From: Phoronis australis
Lineage: Eukaryota > Animalia > Phoronida
Direction: 5' to 3'
DNA: 56,914 nucleotides
NCBI GenBank assembly: GCA_002633005.1
Contig: NMRA01001001.1
Coordinates: 16,675-73,588, forward strand
Part shown: one piece after another, positions 38,577 through 52,390 of the stretch
Position numbering within the stretch: the first letter of the stretch is position 1
Layout of the letters: each line of letters begins with the position of its first letter
Position numbers and translations under genes: made by a program
Notes under the pieces: model-generated
What the model saw: the letters and a program-made list of their open reading frames with translations, nothing else
What the model was told of the DNA's origin: nothing
The model's database searches: none

Positions 38577-40188
38577 TTTTTATGCGCCCACATATTTATA
38601 TGTGGTCGCATACTGCCTTCATCTCTGTCTGGACTTCCGGGCGTCCGGGCTTCCGTCGTCCGGTGTCCGACGTCCGCAGCTGTATCTCCTAAACCCCTCA
38701 CAGGATCTTAATGAGATTTGTCAGATATGTTTCTATGAAGCTGACGACAGACGACGACAAATTTGGGACTTCTGCAAATACAGGTGTGCCCCTTAGTGGC
38801 AATTTTAGTTTTTAACGCTTACCTCAGTCCCTTCGGAAGTCCTCACCGGATTTTCATAAAATTTGATCTTAGCGAGATGAAGCTATCCTCCTACTTTCGG
38901 TTGGATTCAAGGCGTTTTGCGCCACCTAGTGGCCATATTTACTGTTTTTGAGCCTGCTTTTTTGCGTCCGATGTTCTATCAACCAAACCGCCATAGGGAT
39001 GATTTTGAAAATTGGAAGATATGTTTTTACTGTAAAGAGGGCGGCTGACGATGATTTTCCGACGACTTTGACTACTGTGGCGTCTCCTATTGGCAGGTTT
39101 GTTTGTTTTTGCGCCCATGGCTGTATCTCTTAAACCCCTCACAGGTGAGATTTGGCAGATGTGCTGTTATGACGCTGACTACAGATGGCGACGAATTTTG
39201 GACCTCTCTGAATATCGGTGTGCCCCCTAGTGGCAATGTTTTACGCTTACCTCTGTATCTTTGGAGATTCTCGACGGAGTTTTATAAAATTTGGCAGTTA
39301 GGCATCTACTAGTGCGATGATGCCACCCTCTCGTTTTCGGACTGATTCGAGTTACTTTGCGCCACCTAGTGGCCATTTTTACTGTTTTCGAGTCTGTTTT
39401 CGGCGTCCGCCGTTCTATAAACCAAACTCCTCTACGGATGATTTTGAAAATTAATGTATATGTTCTTACTGTGAAGAGGGCGGCTGACGATGATTTTTCG
39501 ATGAGTTCGACTACTATGGCGCTTCCTAGTGGCAGATTTGTTGGTTTTTACGCCCATTACTGTATCTCCTAAATGCTCTACCAGATTTTTTTAAATTTTG
39601 TTGGTGTATTTATATGAAGTTGAAAGCAGAGTACGACAACTTTCGAACGGATTGGATTATCGGTGTGCCCCCTTGTGGCATTTTTTGTTTTTTCGTTTAC
39701 CTCTGTATTGTCAAAGGTTCTCAACGGATTTTCAAATTTAGCAAATAAGCATCTATTAGTGAGGTGACACTCTCCTCTGGTTTTCGGTTGAATTCGAGGT
39801 ATTTTGCGCCACCTAGTGGCCATTTTTACTATTTTTGAGTCTGTTTTTCGGTATCTGCCCCTCTGTTAACCAAACCACTCTAAGTATGATTGTGTTGAAG
39901 TTGACAACGGACGACGACGACGTTTAGACGTATCTGACGAACGCTATGCCCCCTAGTGGAAATTCATTTTTGCGTTTTCCTCTGTTTCTTTGAAGTTCCT
40001 TTACGGATTTTTATGAAATTCAATAAATAGTGTTCTATTAAAAATGATGGCATGTTTCATTTTCAGATGGATTCGACGTATTTTGCGCCATCTAGTGGCC
40101 ATTTTTATGATACAAATAAACACCACTAGAAGCACACCGTTTGCGGTGCATTCGTGGGCGCATTTCAACGCTCTGCGTTGCTCTTGTT
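38577..40188 (+). mobile_element. Complete non-autonomous Helentron-type (HINE/DINE-1-like) element
   Basis: Inserted in a T-run. 5' subTIR ATGCGCCCAC folds with an adjacent inverted repeat (38581-38612), followed by a GTCC-rich tract and sub-repeats of about 440 bp (GCGCCACCTAGTGG). 3' subTIR GTGGGCGCAT at 40154-40163 and hairpin CAACGC-tct-GCGTTG. Confidence 0.85.
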
Positions 40189-43100
40189 ATAAATTTGTAC
40201 GGTCCAAATACTTATAACCCGAACTTTTATAGTAATATATTTTCAATAGTTGAAGAAATTCATGTCGATAAGTTTATTTTATGTGGAGATTTTAATTTTG
40301 TTCTGAGCCAAGACCTGGATACTTGCAATTATAGATCATGTAATAATGCAAACGCTACAAAATTTCTTAAGGGAATAATTAATAGGTTTATGTTTGTGAT
40401 CAATTTCGAGAATTTTTTCCTTCAAAGAGAAGATTCACTTGGCGAAGAAAAAATCAAATTAAGCAGGCTAGGCTTGACTTTTTTATGGTTTCCAAAACCT
40501 TGATGTCTAAAACATTTCTATAACTCGAAGTTACATATCAGATCATTCTGGGGTCTTGCTAAGACTAAAATTTAGAGAGGTAAAGGACTCTGGAAATTTA
40601 ACAATTCACTTTTAAATGACGAGGAATATGTAGACATCGTTCAAGATACAATAACTGATGTTAAAAAAGCAATATGCCGTTCTTGTATACCATTTAGACA
40701 AAATTCAAAATATTTCGAACTGTGTGATTCAGTTTGCTATAAACGATCAACTATTTTTGAATTTGCTCTTAATGGAAAGAAAAAATACTATTTTTTACTC
40801 GATTAAAAATAGATAGTCAAGAGAATAAATTAGAGATAGAAATAGAGAATTTAGAACAATGTGTTGATGATAGAACTTTTGAAGATTTAGAAAGGAAAAA
40901 GAGGGCTCTTCTAGAGATAAGGTCAGAGAAATTAAAAGTGTATTACGTCAGATGCAGGACAAAATGGATAGAGGAGGGGGAACGCCCAACAAAATATTTT
41001 TGTAGCTTAGAGTCGAGGCATTTTTATAACAAACTTATGTATGAAATAGAACTGGAAAATGTAGAAATAATTACAAATCAAGAAAAGATACTAGACGTGG
41101 CCGCAAATTTTTACGAAAGACTTTATTCTGATAACAGTTTTCCTGAAAAAAGTAAAATAGAGAATCTTATTGTTTCAAATAGGCTTCCCGATAATTTTAC
41201 CATGGAGCTTGAGAACATATAACACATGAAGAGCTCTGGTCTGAATTGAACAATACCAGAATTGAAAAAAGTCCCGGGTTAGATGACTTCATAAATGAAT
41301 TTTTCAAGTTTTTTTGGAAAGATTTAGACTATTTTGTTTTAAGACACATAAATGAAAGCTATGAAAAAATTGAAGTGTCAAGCACGCAAAAAACGGGGTC
41401 GTAACTGTAATTCCAAAGCTCGATAAAAAACTAAAAGACCAGTAACTTTGCTCAACAGTGTTTACAAGTTAGCATCCGGATGTATTGGCAGACAAATAAA
41501 AAGGTACTTGAATATATAATTTCCCCGGATCAGACGGGATTTATAAAAAGGAGATGTATGGGTGAAAACATAATATTGAAAAAGCTTTTGATGGCTAATC
41601 ATGGTACTTCATAAATGTTTTGGATATTTTTTAATGTCAAGGCCTCAATTAAGCGTTGGATTTAAACCTTTTATAATTTTCCGGGTGTCATACATTTTTT
41701 AAAATAGTTTCCTGTCCAGAAGTTTTACTCTGCACAGGGGCTGTAGACAAGGTGATCCTCTTTCTCCATATGTTTTCATTTTATGTCCTGAAATACTAGC
41801 TATGATGATGAAATAAGATAGGGAAATTAAAGACATTCAAATAGGAAATGATGAATTTTACTCACTCAGTACGCTGATGACACAACTTCTTTTTAGATGG
41901 TTCTCTGCTTAGTTTGGAAGCTACTACAGAAGTTTTGAGTAAATATGCAGAAATGTCTGGTTTGAGAGTAAATTATTCCAAAACAAATGTTATTTGGATG
42001 GGCAGTAAAAAAATTCTTAAGATGTTTTAAATCATGCAAGATGGAAGTTGGAATGGGGTATACCGGAATTTTAGATGCTAGGTATCAAGTTCAGTGTTAA
42101 CCTAGAAAAAATGATTGACATCAACTACAATGACAGGATTGATGAAATCAATAATCTTATCAAGTTTTGGTCTAGAAGAAATATCTCCTTTTTTGGAAAA
42201 GTTATGGTGGTAAAAACCTTGATGGTGCTAAAAATTATTCACATAATGACAACCATGCCTACTCCATGAGACATTATTATGAATGAATTGAACGCAAGCA
42301 TTTTTAAGTTTATTTGGAATAACAAAGTTGAGAGAGTGAAGAGAGATGTATTAATTAAAACTGATGAGGAAGGGAGGGTTAAAATGTTGAATATAATTCT
42401 TTTAACAAGGCTATAACAATTTTATGGATTAAAAGATTACTTACATCGGAATCAAAATGGGCGAAATTGTTTGAACTTGAGACAGGGATTGCAAAGTCAA
42501 ATATTATAAATTTTGGAAAGGATTTTATTACATACCATACCGAAATAATCAATTCTCTTTGGAACGAAGTTCTAAGTAACTGGTCTTATTTCAACAGCCC
42601 CATAAAGATGCGAATGATTTACTCTCAAAAAGTTTATGGCATAATGATGAAATGCTAGTAGACAGAAATTCTATCTTCTTTAGCAAGTATGCTAGTGGCG
42701 GTGTTCTTTTTATTAATGACCTGCTTGATGAAAATATCAGGTTTTACTCATTTACTGAATTTAAAAAGATCTCGAGCATATCTACCCAGTTTTTGGAATA
42801 TTGTTCTCTGATTGAGTCTATTAGGTCATTTCTGAGGAAAACACCATTACAAATGCAGTTAATTGAGATATATGGACCAATAATACCTTTTAATATCCGT
42901 ATATTTTAAACTGCACGTCAAAATGTAAAATGGTACATGGAATTGTTTGCCAGAACAAAATTTTGCCTATTGCCCAAAAAGATTTCAAGAAGAAGGTTAT
43001 AACTTTCGAAGTGATGACTGGAAAAATTATATTCATTGTCTTTTAAAACAACTTATGATTTCAAGCTATGTACACTGCAGTTTAAACTACTACATAGAAT

Positions 43101-43354
43101 ACTTGTAACGAACTCTTTTTGTAAAAAAATTAACTTGGTGGACTCTGATGTATGTACTTAACTGATTTTATTCAACAATTTACTGATCACATTGTCTGTT
43201 CATCATCATTACAAACTCCTCCAGATAGCAGCCCAGTAAGTTACTTGCAAGACTAGCCACAAGTTAGCAGAACCTTACAGTGTAATAACTTAAGTGACAG
43301 AAAGGCCTCTACACAACTTATACCCTTGCCATTTGCGATACACGCGGTGGGCTC

Positions 43355-44537
43355 ATATCAATTCTAAGATTGTTCTGTATGCGGATGACACTACAATACT
43401 GTCCGCAGGCAGAACCTCATCTGAAATCCAGACCAATCTCAACTCTGATTTAGCATTCATTTCAGATTGTCTTATATCCAATAAATTATCCTTAAATGTG
43501 TCAAAAACTAAAACTCTTCTATTTGGCACGTCCCAAAGACTTAGAAACCAAACCCTGTCATTAAGTATGGATGGAAGACCAATTGAAAACGTCAATTCCT
43601 TTAAATATCTGGGACTAATATATGATCAAAATCTTAAGTTTTCTCACCATGTTGATTATATCTCTAAAAAGGTGTCTAAGAAAATTGGCGTATTGAAACC
43701 CATCAGTAAATTTGTTAACAGAGCCAAACTGAAAACCCTTTTTAATGATATCATTCAACCACACCTTGATTATTGCCTCCCGGTGTTGGGTGTTGCATCA
43801 AGCAAGGATATGAAAACCATCCAGATTATCCAAAATAGGGCTGCCCGGATTATTCTGGGAGCTGGTGTGAGAGATATTAACATTGAAAATCTTCATAAAG
43901 AGATTTGAATAATGAAAATTCACACAAGACATCAATTCGTATCTGCTTGTTGCATGTACAAATTTTTTAAAGGTCTTGTCCCAACACACTTATGTGCTAA
44001 GTTTAACATGACTACTAATTTCTACAATACTAGGTACTTCTCATCATTAAATTTCAATCTTCCTAAACGCAGAATCGAAACGGGGAAAAGTCATTTTTCT
44101 ACAACGGGCAATTTTTATGGAACCCTCTCCCTTCAGATGCCAAATCTGCATCATCCTTTCTAACCTTTAAAAGAACTATAAGAAATAGATTTAACTTCAT
44201 GTAGTGCGTAAGAATTACATGTTTATACATGCGTGTATATTTGTATGTTGTCTTATTTTTATAAATTATTTATTGCCTGTTTTACTTATTTATCATTATA
44301 TTTTAGTTAATCATCTTGTCTTGATTTCTATCTATTTATCATACTTTATTTTTTTATTTTCTTTCATCAGTCTTTCCGCGTTAATTTCTTATTCTTTGCT
44401 TATAATTTAAATTTGTCTTTCATTTTGTAATTCTGTTTTGTTTTACTAGATGTTTGTTTTTACTGAGGGCCCCTATGGAAAGCAATATAAACTGATGGGG
44501 CTACCCTCATTTGTAAATATTACATTACTAAATAAAG
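43355..44537 (+). mobile_element. 3' fragment of an L2/CR1-group LINE
   Basis: LYADDT, LSLNVSKTK, FKYLG, QPHLDYC and QNRAARII motifs, T-rich 3' UTR, terminal stem-loop-like segment and AAATAAA. Confidence 0.85.
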
Positions 44538-44987
44538 AAATGGAATTGATCTTGTTTGAATAAAAATCTCAGCACTTGATACAAATGTGAAATACTTGGC
44601 ATCTCACATTTGCAGAAACGTGTATAAATCATTTGAGATACAATTATACAAATATACTCAAGTTAGCCAAACTTTGAATTTTTTGACTGTCAAAAGTTGA
44701 ATTGTACGGGTCAATGTCTTGTGGGAAAGAAGGCCGAATGTATTACAAAGAATTTGGAATAATTCTGTTAAGGTTTTATAACATATAGATGTTACTCAAT
44801 TATTGACGTTCACAACTTTGACTAGATCTGCCAGTTTTAGTTTAGTTCAGGGTTAATATCCGCCGTGGGCATTAACGCATAATTTGCCTAGAATTGCGCT
44901 CTAGAAACTGTAAAGCAGGTCTCATCGAGAGAATTCAATAGTTTTTACGACTGAATCAGAATCCCATTTCTTTTGCAATATCAACAG

Positions 44988-45248
44988 CTCACAAGACAGT
45001 GCGGGTGAGTGTTAACGATACAAACGTGAATCTTCACCAACCGTCAATCACTGGTGTCCACGTAAGATGGACAAAGGATGGCGGAGGCCTCTATGATTCT
45101 GGACCAATAGCTTCGTGGAATGGCAAGTTCAGTAACGTAATAGACAAAGTTCATATCGGTCATGGCGGCGTCTACGTACTAAACCATTACACCGGCCGGG
45201 CATTAGCACCGCTGTCACCTAGAGACATGTTACGACTCATCGTAAGAG
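44988..45248 (+). CDS. Host gene exon F (261 nt, phase 1-1): Tie-type second Ig-like domain ending in RLIVR
   Basis: Acceptor tcaacAG, donor AG|GTGAGT. TVRVSV, RWTKDG, GVY and the RLIVR signature that precedes the EGF repeats in Tie1/Tie2. Confidence 0.88.
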
Positions 45249-45520
45249 GTGAGTTTACAAAGTAAAGTTTGAGCTTGTTGTTCACTAGCTGGCGTATTCT
45301 GAAGATTTGAATTCTTATGATGCAGGCTTTGCAACTCAAAGTTAAAGCTTGAACCTTGTTTATACAACAAATCGGCAAATCGGCATTTTGCTTCAGTGCA
45401 CAACCTATGAATACGTCTGTTATCAGACTGTTGCATCTGCAAACGCTGTTCTACTCATCAATTTAAAATTCTTGGTGGAGCTCAACCTGGCTTTTAAACC
45501 TAGCAAACGTCTCGTTATAG

Positions 45521-45652
45521 TTTGTCCACGAGGGAAGTATGGCGGTTCGTGTGAACATGACTGTCCGTTATGTTTAAATGGCGGCGTTTGTCATGACGTA
45601 GTTGGAGAATGCATCTGCGCTCCTGGGTTTAAAGGACCGGACTGTTCAACAG
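45521..45652 (+). CDS. Host gene exon G (132 nt, phase 1-1): Tie-type EGF repeat, CPRGKYGGSCEHDCPLCLNGGVCHDVVGECICAPGFKGPDCST
   Basis: Acceptor gttatAG, donor AG|GTAAAC. Eight-Cys spacing like the first Tie EGF unit (CxNxGVCH..GECICxPGF). Confidence 0.92.
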
Positions 45653-45833
45653 GTAAACCCAGTTAAATCAATTTATGTCCGTTGGACATGGTACCAGCCC
45701 TCATACTTGTGTTTGGCAGCTGATTTATTCAACCAGTGCCGTGCGTGTTATTCGCAACTAGACTTCCAGAAAGCATAGGTGTGGGAAAGTTTGCTTCAGT
45801 GAGTTCCGAGCGAAGCAAATGTGAGGTCACCAG

Positions 45834-46233
45834 GGCCCGGTCTCCAATCTTTTTACTCGAAATGAAACTCGAAATTAGGTTTGGCATTTTCTACTCTTCT
45901 TCTGGGCGAACTCATGATAAGCGTCTATTATTTTATGCTCGAATATACAATAACTTACGTATAAAAATTTATTGCCCTTAGTTCAGTTTGTAAACCCAAT
46001 ATTAAAGCAATAAGTTCGAGTTTGAACTCGAAATATTGAGTTTTTACTGGAGTTTGTAGCACGAATATAAGGGTCTTCAAGGGCAAACTTGAACTAGAAA
46101 TTACTATGCATAAACTGTAATGTATTCGAGCACAGTCTGATAACCAATTATCTTAAGTTCGCACAAAAAGAGCAGAGAAATTGCCAAAAATAGTTTCAAG
46201 TTCGTTTCTAGTACAAAGATTAGAGACCGGGCC
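45834..46233. mobile_element. PIF/Harbinger-type MITE (400 bp)
   Basis: TIRs begin GGCCCGGTCTC and extend imperfectly for over 100 bp. 3-bp CAG TSD at 45831-45833 and 46234-46236. Confidence 0.85.
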
Positions 46234-46501
46234 CAGGTCACCCTAAACCCCCGCTTGAGTTCTGTTCCGCCTACAGGCATATCACAAATTTTGACGTCTG
46301 AGATGATGCAGTGCCAAAAATTGTCTTTGCGTGTGCATGAATAAGAAAGCATATTCATGTGAGTGTAAACTGTTCACACTGTAGTATTAATGCTCCCTAG
46401 CCAAAATGACTTGGCTAGAGCCCCTGTAGCGTGAACCCAGCACTAGCAGTTGACATATATTCCTCCAAAAATTTATCTCCTACGTTTTTGCTATTTCTTT
46501 G

Positions 46502-47269
46502 TGTCAGAATATAGTCTAACAGTATTATTAGTTGTATTGTTTTGTTTTGTTATTCAGTTTGATTTGCATGACCCCTGAGTTAAGTACAATGATGATGTAA
46601 TTTGTTTACTACAAAATAGTGTGGAACTTTCTAGAAGACTGAGGTCAGAACAGTGATGATGTAATTTGTTTACTGNCAGTATAGTGTGGAACTTTCTAGA
46701 AGACTCTAGCATGACAGTGATTAATGCAGTCTGGAATATTCTAGAGACTAGTACATGTTTGTAGAATGATTGGGTAGGCTCCAGAAAGTTCTGGTATGTG
46801 CTTGAATTGACGAAAAGTTCTAGAACAATGCATTAGGCTATAAATACACAAGCACGGGTTTGTGTTAGTCAGTTGAGTCCAAGAAGATAAAGTCGGGAGA
46901 TCAAGAGAAGATCAAGTAAGTTCAAGAAATTTAATCAGGAGAACTACAGTTGAGTTGCAGTGAAGAGAATCAGCAGTTACAGCGATGGTCAATAGGGAGC
47001 CAGCTATGGAGACAGCAGGTTATTGAACCAACGAGTGTAACAGTTGCTGGAAGTATCTCAAAGTTCATCACAAGTCAAGGCTTCGCAGCACTGGCTGGAG
47101 TATAAACAGACATTACGGCGGACGTTTTGTTTGAGTAGGCTTGTGAATGTACGGTCGGGATTAATAAAGGATTAACTCGAACCAGTCTTCAGTCAATCTT
47201 CGCACCGAAAGCTATTAGCACTGGTCTGTAACAACCTGCGCCCACCCACACACGGAGAAAAATGTGACA
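46502..47269 (+). mobile_element. Solo LTR (probably Gypsy-type)
   Basis: TGTCA...TGACA ends, TATAAATA near 46839, AATAAA near 47163 and an internal duplication of about 50 bp. Flanks CTTTG and CTGTT do not form a clean TSD. Confidence 0.65.
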
Positions 47270-47284
47270 CTGTTCATGAAATCC

Positions 47285-47984
47285 TTCATTCTGGAAGTTT
47301 TCAGTATTCAGTAACTCAGTGCATTTAATGGGTTCAATCAGGTGTCCCTGTTTTTAATTCCATTAACCTTTAACATCAGCATGACACGTTTGACTATTAA
47401 TAATAATTAATTATAATTAATTAATAATAGTACGTTACAACAATAATTCTATAATTTTACAGTTTGTGAAAAAAGGAACCACCACTTGATGCAGCATAAA
47501 ATAACTGTAAACCGAATCAAATGCTAACAGATGACTTCTTCAAGCAGAATGCAATAAGTGAATGTTGAATATTGAAAAAATGCTGCATTGCCCTTAAGCC
47601 TCAGGATGGTGAACGAACTTTAGTTTTAGCCAGAGCTGTGTCTGTCAGTTACTTTGAAAAATACTGATGTAAAGAAGGCTTTGATAGCCATGTTTGACCA
47701 ACTTGTTCCCTAGGGTTGAATTTAAAGTCAGCTAGCTATTCAGTTTGTTTTACCCAGTTCATTCACCATCCCTACCTTCCTTTTTTCACTTGTTTATTTA
47801 ATGTACTTTCAATTTACTTTCTATGTAACATATTCTAGCTGTATTAATTCGTTACTTTTCTCAAAATTTTTCATTCTGGAAGTTTTCAGGATTCGATAGT
47901 TCAACGCATTTGATGGGTTCAATCAGATGTCCCTATTTTTAATTTCATTCATCTTTAGCATTATTGGCATGACACATTTGACTA
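47285..47984 (+). repeat. Imperfect direct repeat of about 110 bp (47285-47396 and 47870-47984)
   Basis: Shared TTCATTCTGGAAGTTTTCAG...ATGGGTTCAATCAG.TGTCCCT...GCATGACAC.TTTGACTA. Confidence 0.85.
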
Positions 47985-50924
47985 GGACTTTGATTACCGT
48001 AATCTCACATTAACTCGTGATACTGCATTTTGTACTAAGCCTTTGTTTATTTTACTGTACCATTTCATTGTTGATTTGTGATATTTTGAAGACTCATCAA
48101 TTCACCAGATATTGTAGTACTGTTGCATGAATGCTTAATTCGTGGCTTTACACACAACTAACAATTTCTCAACTTTTAATAGATTGTCATTTCATCACAC
48201 TTTACGACATCCTATTAAATAAATATATTCCCTTTATAGTTCCATTCCACGCAGAGATTATTCGACTACTGCTCATAGATTTGTTCATTCAACAAATTTT
48301 GAAGATTCATGAATTCAAAGACTTTCCCTATATTTCATTCACTTGCCAGTACTTCAGTACCCCATTGATTTGTTTGCATATCACGGTTTCTTTATCATAG
48401 CAGATTAGTGGTTCATTAGTTCGCCAAGTTCCACTTCCTTATTTCTGAAATTTTACAGGTTACTTATTTCTCTGTTCATTTCATGACACTCTACAGAGTC
48501 ATTCAATTGTCATACTTCGTGGAATGCGATGACATTGATGCACTATATCTTCACTCCATGATTCATTCTACCATTTAAATTTCCATTCATACTCTGGGAG
48601 TGTTAAGAGAATTATTCCGATAACCAATAGTGTACACAAGTCAAGTAGACCCTTTGTGATGCTCAGGCTGCATGATACTATGAGCTGCATTGAGTCTTTT
48701 TTATGGGCTCATTCAATTTTGTGACATGATCTCCATTTACCTTTTATACTTGTCTCGTTTCTTGAACTAGTACAACGTAGGGACTTTGGTTAACCTCACG
48801 TTTCACGGTTACCCTCGCCTTTTACTTGTATTTCATATTTCACGAGTCCATTGTTTTTTTACATTTATACATTCACTTGTAGTTAGAATTTTGCTTCCTC
48901 ACACTATTGAGATTGTTCATTTTATGGGTTCTGTCATTATGCTACAGCAGCTTAATGTTTGTGATATTTTTCGGGATAATTAATTTGTTCCGTGCTCCGC
49001 AATTTCTTTTCACAAACCAATAATTTATCACCTTTTAATGGTTCATCATTAAATGCATTCCTTTGATAGTTTCATTTGTTTATTTCCCCCAATTTTATGA
49101 ATTCAGATCATTTATTTCTTTGTTTATTTAATTACACTGAACAGACACATTCAGTTATCGAATTTCACAAAACTCCATTAATTTTTTTTATGCATAATGT
49201 TTCATTCGATTCACAATATCTTACCCATTCAAATTTTACTGCATTAGGGGTATTACGATCACTCTGACAAGCAGTGGCCAAATCCCTATTTTTGTTCCAC
49301 CAGCATGTTATTTAATGGTGTTTGGCACAATTCAACAAAGAGTCACATGTTACTTTTCTCACAAATGCAACAAACAAAATATTACCACTCAGTGATAGCA
49401 ATCAATTCCATAATTTTACAATTTTTATATAAGGTCTCCTTTTTATCTCTGAAAGTGGAGCTTGTGACACACCTATCATTTTCGGGACATACTTCAAACA
49501 TATATGCCATTTCACTTGTTAAATATATTGATGTAAGAATATGGACCCCTTTTCCCAGCTTCCAAACTAGTCCATTAATCCTTTGTGTAGATTCGCATGT
49601 GGTCCTTTTGCAAACGACGTACTAGGACAATTCTTTCTTTATTTATTTAATAATGTAGTATTTACAATGAGGGTAACCCCATCCGTTCACACTAGTTTCC
49701 ATGGGGATCCTTTTTCCCATCCTCACTATTGGTTCGTTTCTGTCATGTGCCTTGAGTTTGGTCAGCTCCTGGTTCCTATAGGCTGACGATTGTCACGTGT
49801 CATACAGTTAACCTTTGTTCTCAGTAACCATATGTTTCCAGTCGTTCCTTTGCTTTAGCAGCACATAGTTTGAGTTTAATCACTCGTCATTTTTCCCACC
49901 CACTACCACACTCTTTTTTCGGTGGTTTCTCTTACCAGAGTGCTGCACTTTTTATTGCCGATCTTTCCAGAGATTACTATTTCATGTTTACTTATTATTT
50001 TACACTCATATTTCTGTTCGATCATTGTATACTAATTACTCAGTTTATGATTCGTAATTACACACAACTGACTCATTCACAGTTCAAGGCCAGTTGTTTT
50101 GGATGTTTTGATTGGTGGAGCTACAGACAATTTTTTGTATTGGCTGGTTCTCACCAGCATATGAGTATTTTCATGCTTCATTTATCGCATTTGACAGATT
50201 TACTTTGCTTCCTTGGACACTATAGGGATGAATTGCTTGCGTGTGATATTTTAGTAAGTTTTTGTCATTAACTTTTATTGATTCACCAATTTTCACATTT
50301 TGAAGTTCATTTATTTTTCTGCTTTAGCTTCATCATACTGACACTGACTTCATTTACGGACTCATTAGTTACGCATCGTTTCACCATTTTTTACGTCACG
50401 ATGCCATTTATGCAGCGTCACTTCCTTGTAGCGACAGATAGATCTCACATTCATTTTGCTTGTTCATCATAATTTCATCTCTTTTATTATCAGTTTATTT
50501 CTTCGTGGTTTCATTACTATTTTGCCGTTTCATTAGTAATTTTGGCGGGTTTATTAATTTCTCCCCTGATAATTCAAAAGTTGATTACCTTTGACAGAAT
50601 TTCTAGTTAAACAGATTTGACTTGTTTTACGACTGTTATTGGACTCACCTATCCATTGTACTTTAATTACTAGCTGCTTTTTATCATTCATTTGTTCACC
50701 GAAATCTTTTCCAAATTCTTCAGTGCCCTTGTCATTCTATTAATGCGTCTAATTTTTGCACCTTACGCACCCATCGCATTAAGAGAATTGTCATCAGTCC
50801 ACTTTCTTTGCTTCCATCGCCTCAATATTGGGAGTTTGAAAGAAAAATTACCCTTGTTCTTACCCATTCAGTGAGTCTAAATATGCCCTGGTTTGTCTTC
50901 AGCTCATTTATTTTTCACATTTCT

Positions 50925-52390
50925 TTTTCATCGCACTCAACCGCTTGACTTAGTCATAGCATTTTACAGATTTATCATTTTTGTTTAATTTGGATCATCA
51001 CAGGTTTCTTTGTGTCGCATATGACATATTATTTTCTCCCATTTTATTCATCGCACTCAACCAGTTTAGATGTAACATTTTAGGGTTCATGCATTTTTGA
51101 AATAGTTTTTACCAGCATACGTGTCGGTGTCACTCTCCCATTTTGCAGGTTCATTTTGATTGGTCACACCCTATAGGCTTTTTGACATTTTTCGCATCCA
51201 TAAGTCTCTCTTTCCATTACTCCATTAATTTTTCAAATTTTATACTATTTTTCAGGTTGATGTCATTAACTCGTATTTTATTGGTTTATCATTAATTTTT
51301 ACATTTTCGTTTTCATTTGTTTTTCGCATTTAGTTTCGTCACACTCAACAGTTTAAAATAGTGACAGCATTTTGTTAGGTTCATACCTTGCATTCATTTT
51401 GCTTCATCTTACCTGATAAGGTTTGTGACATTAGTCCATTATTTTTACATTTTATAGTTTCATTTGATATATGCTATGTCATTAACTCAAATTTTAATTA
51501 ATTTTCACATTTTTGGGGTACATTTATTTTTTGCATTTAGTTTCATCACTCAACGATTTCAATTACCGTAGCATTTTACAGACGTGATAGTTTCATACAA
51601 TTTCACCTTTAATTTTTCAAGTTTTACAAATTCATTAACAAGATGCATTTAGAAAATTTTCACCAGCCCATCTTTGCTTTCATCTCCTCCAAACATGATT
51701 TTAACAGAAAATTTCCCCATATTGATGGCAAAGAATTTACCTTTTATCATACAACAGTCCAGACTTTACCTAGTTAGGGTGTCTGAATATACCCCGGTAT
51801 TTCCTCGAAGGTTTGTTTTGCACATTTTTTTTCGTTTCATCGCACTCAACGGTTTCAATTTAGTCATAGCATTTTATGGATTTAACGGTTGTGTTTAATT
51901 TGGACAACCACAGATTTCTTTGTGTCGCATTTCATTCATTCATTCATAAATTCTCACATTCTATGGATTCATTATTTCTCCCATTTTATTCACCATACTC
52001 AACATTTTACCGGTTCATGCTTTTTAAATTAGGTTTTTACCTGAATGCGGGTGCCTTTATATGTCACCCTCTCCTTTTACAAATTCATTTTGGTTCCTCA
52101 TACCCTCTAAGTCTTGTGATACTTTACGCATTCATTAAAGTTTCCCATTTCATTAGTCCGTCAATTTTTCATATTTCATAGTTTCGTTTGATTTACAGGT
52201 TTTAGTCATTACCTCTCACTTTATTGGTTCAGTAAGTTTTGCATGTTTTGGGCTCATTAATTTTTCGCATTTAGCTTCATCACTCAACGGTTTCAATTTA
52301 GTAGTAGCATTTCGTAATCAGTTTCGTACCATTTCACCATTAATTTTTCACATTATTTACGGATTCATTAACCACTCACACTTAGCAAAC
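50925..52390. repeat. Degenerate tandem sub-repeats within a strongly T-skewed tract
   Basis: TCATCGCACTCAAC-like cores near 50928, 51048, 51337, 51543, 51837 and 52277. The block from 50928 recurs from 51837. Confidence 0.7.

Larger units (their letters stand above)
30375..43159 (+). mobile_element. L1/Tx1-type LINE copy B, split by three insertions (ORF1 30375-30960 plus 35834-36067; spacer 37964-38260; ORF2 38261-38576 plus 40189-43159; 3'-truncated)
   Basis: ORF1 QQYSRRN, ISRSHRIG, RPIVVKFTTYN|ARSNF and VNESLT motifs rejoin after removing the inserts. ORF2 is a decayed, colinear close relative of copy A. Confidence 0.88.

Noticed and set aside
44988-45652. Assigning the gene symbol TIE1 or TEK
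   Set aside because: No transmembrane or kinase exon seen, the architecture differs, and orthology cannot be established from this window.
48131-52181. Many short hydrophobic + strand ORFs
   Set aside because: F/L/I richness follows from the T-skew. No domain or splice support.
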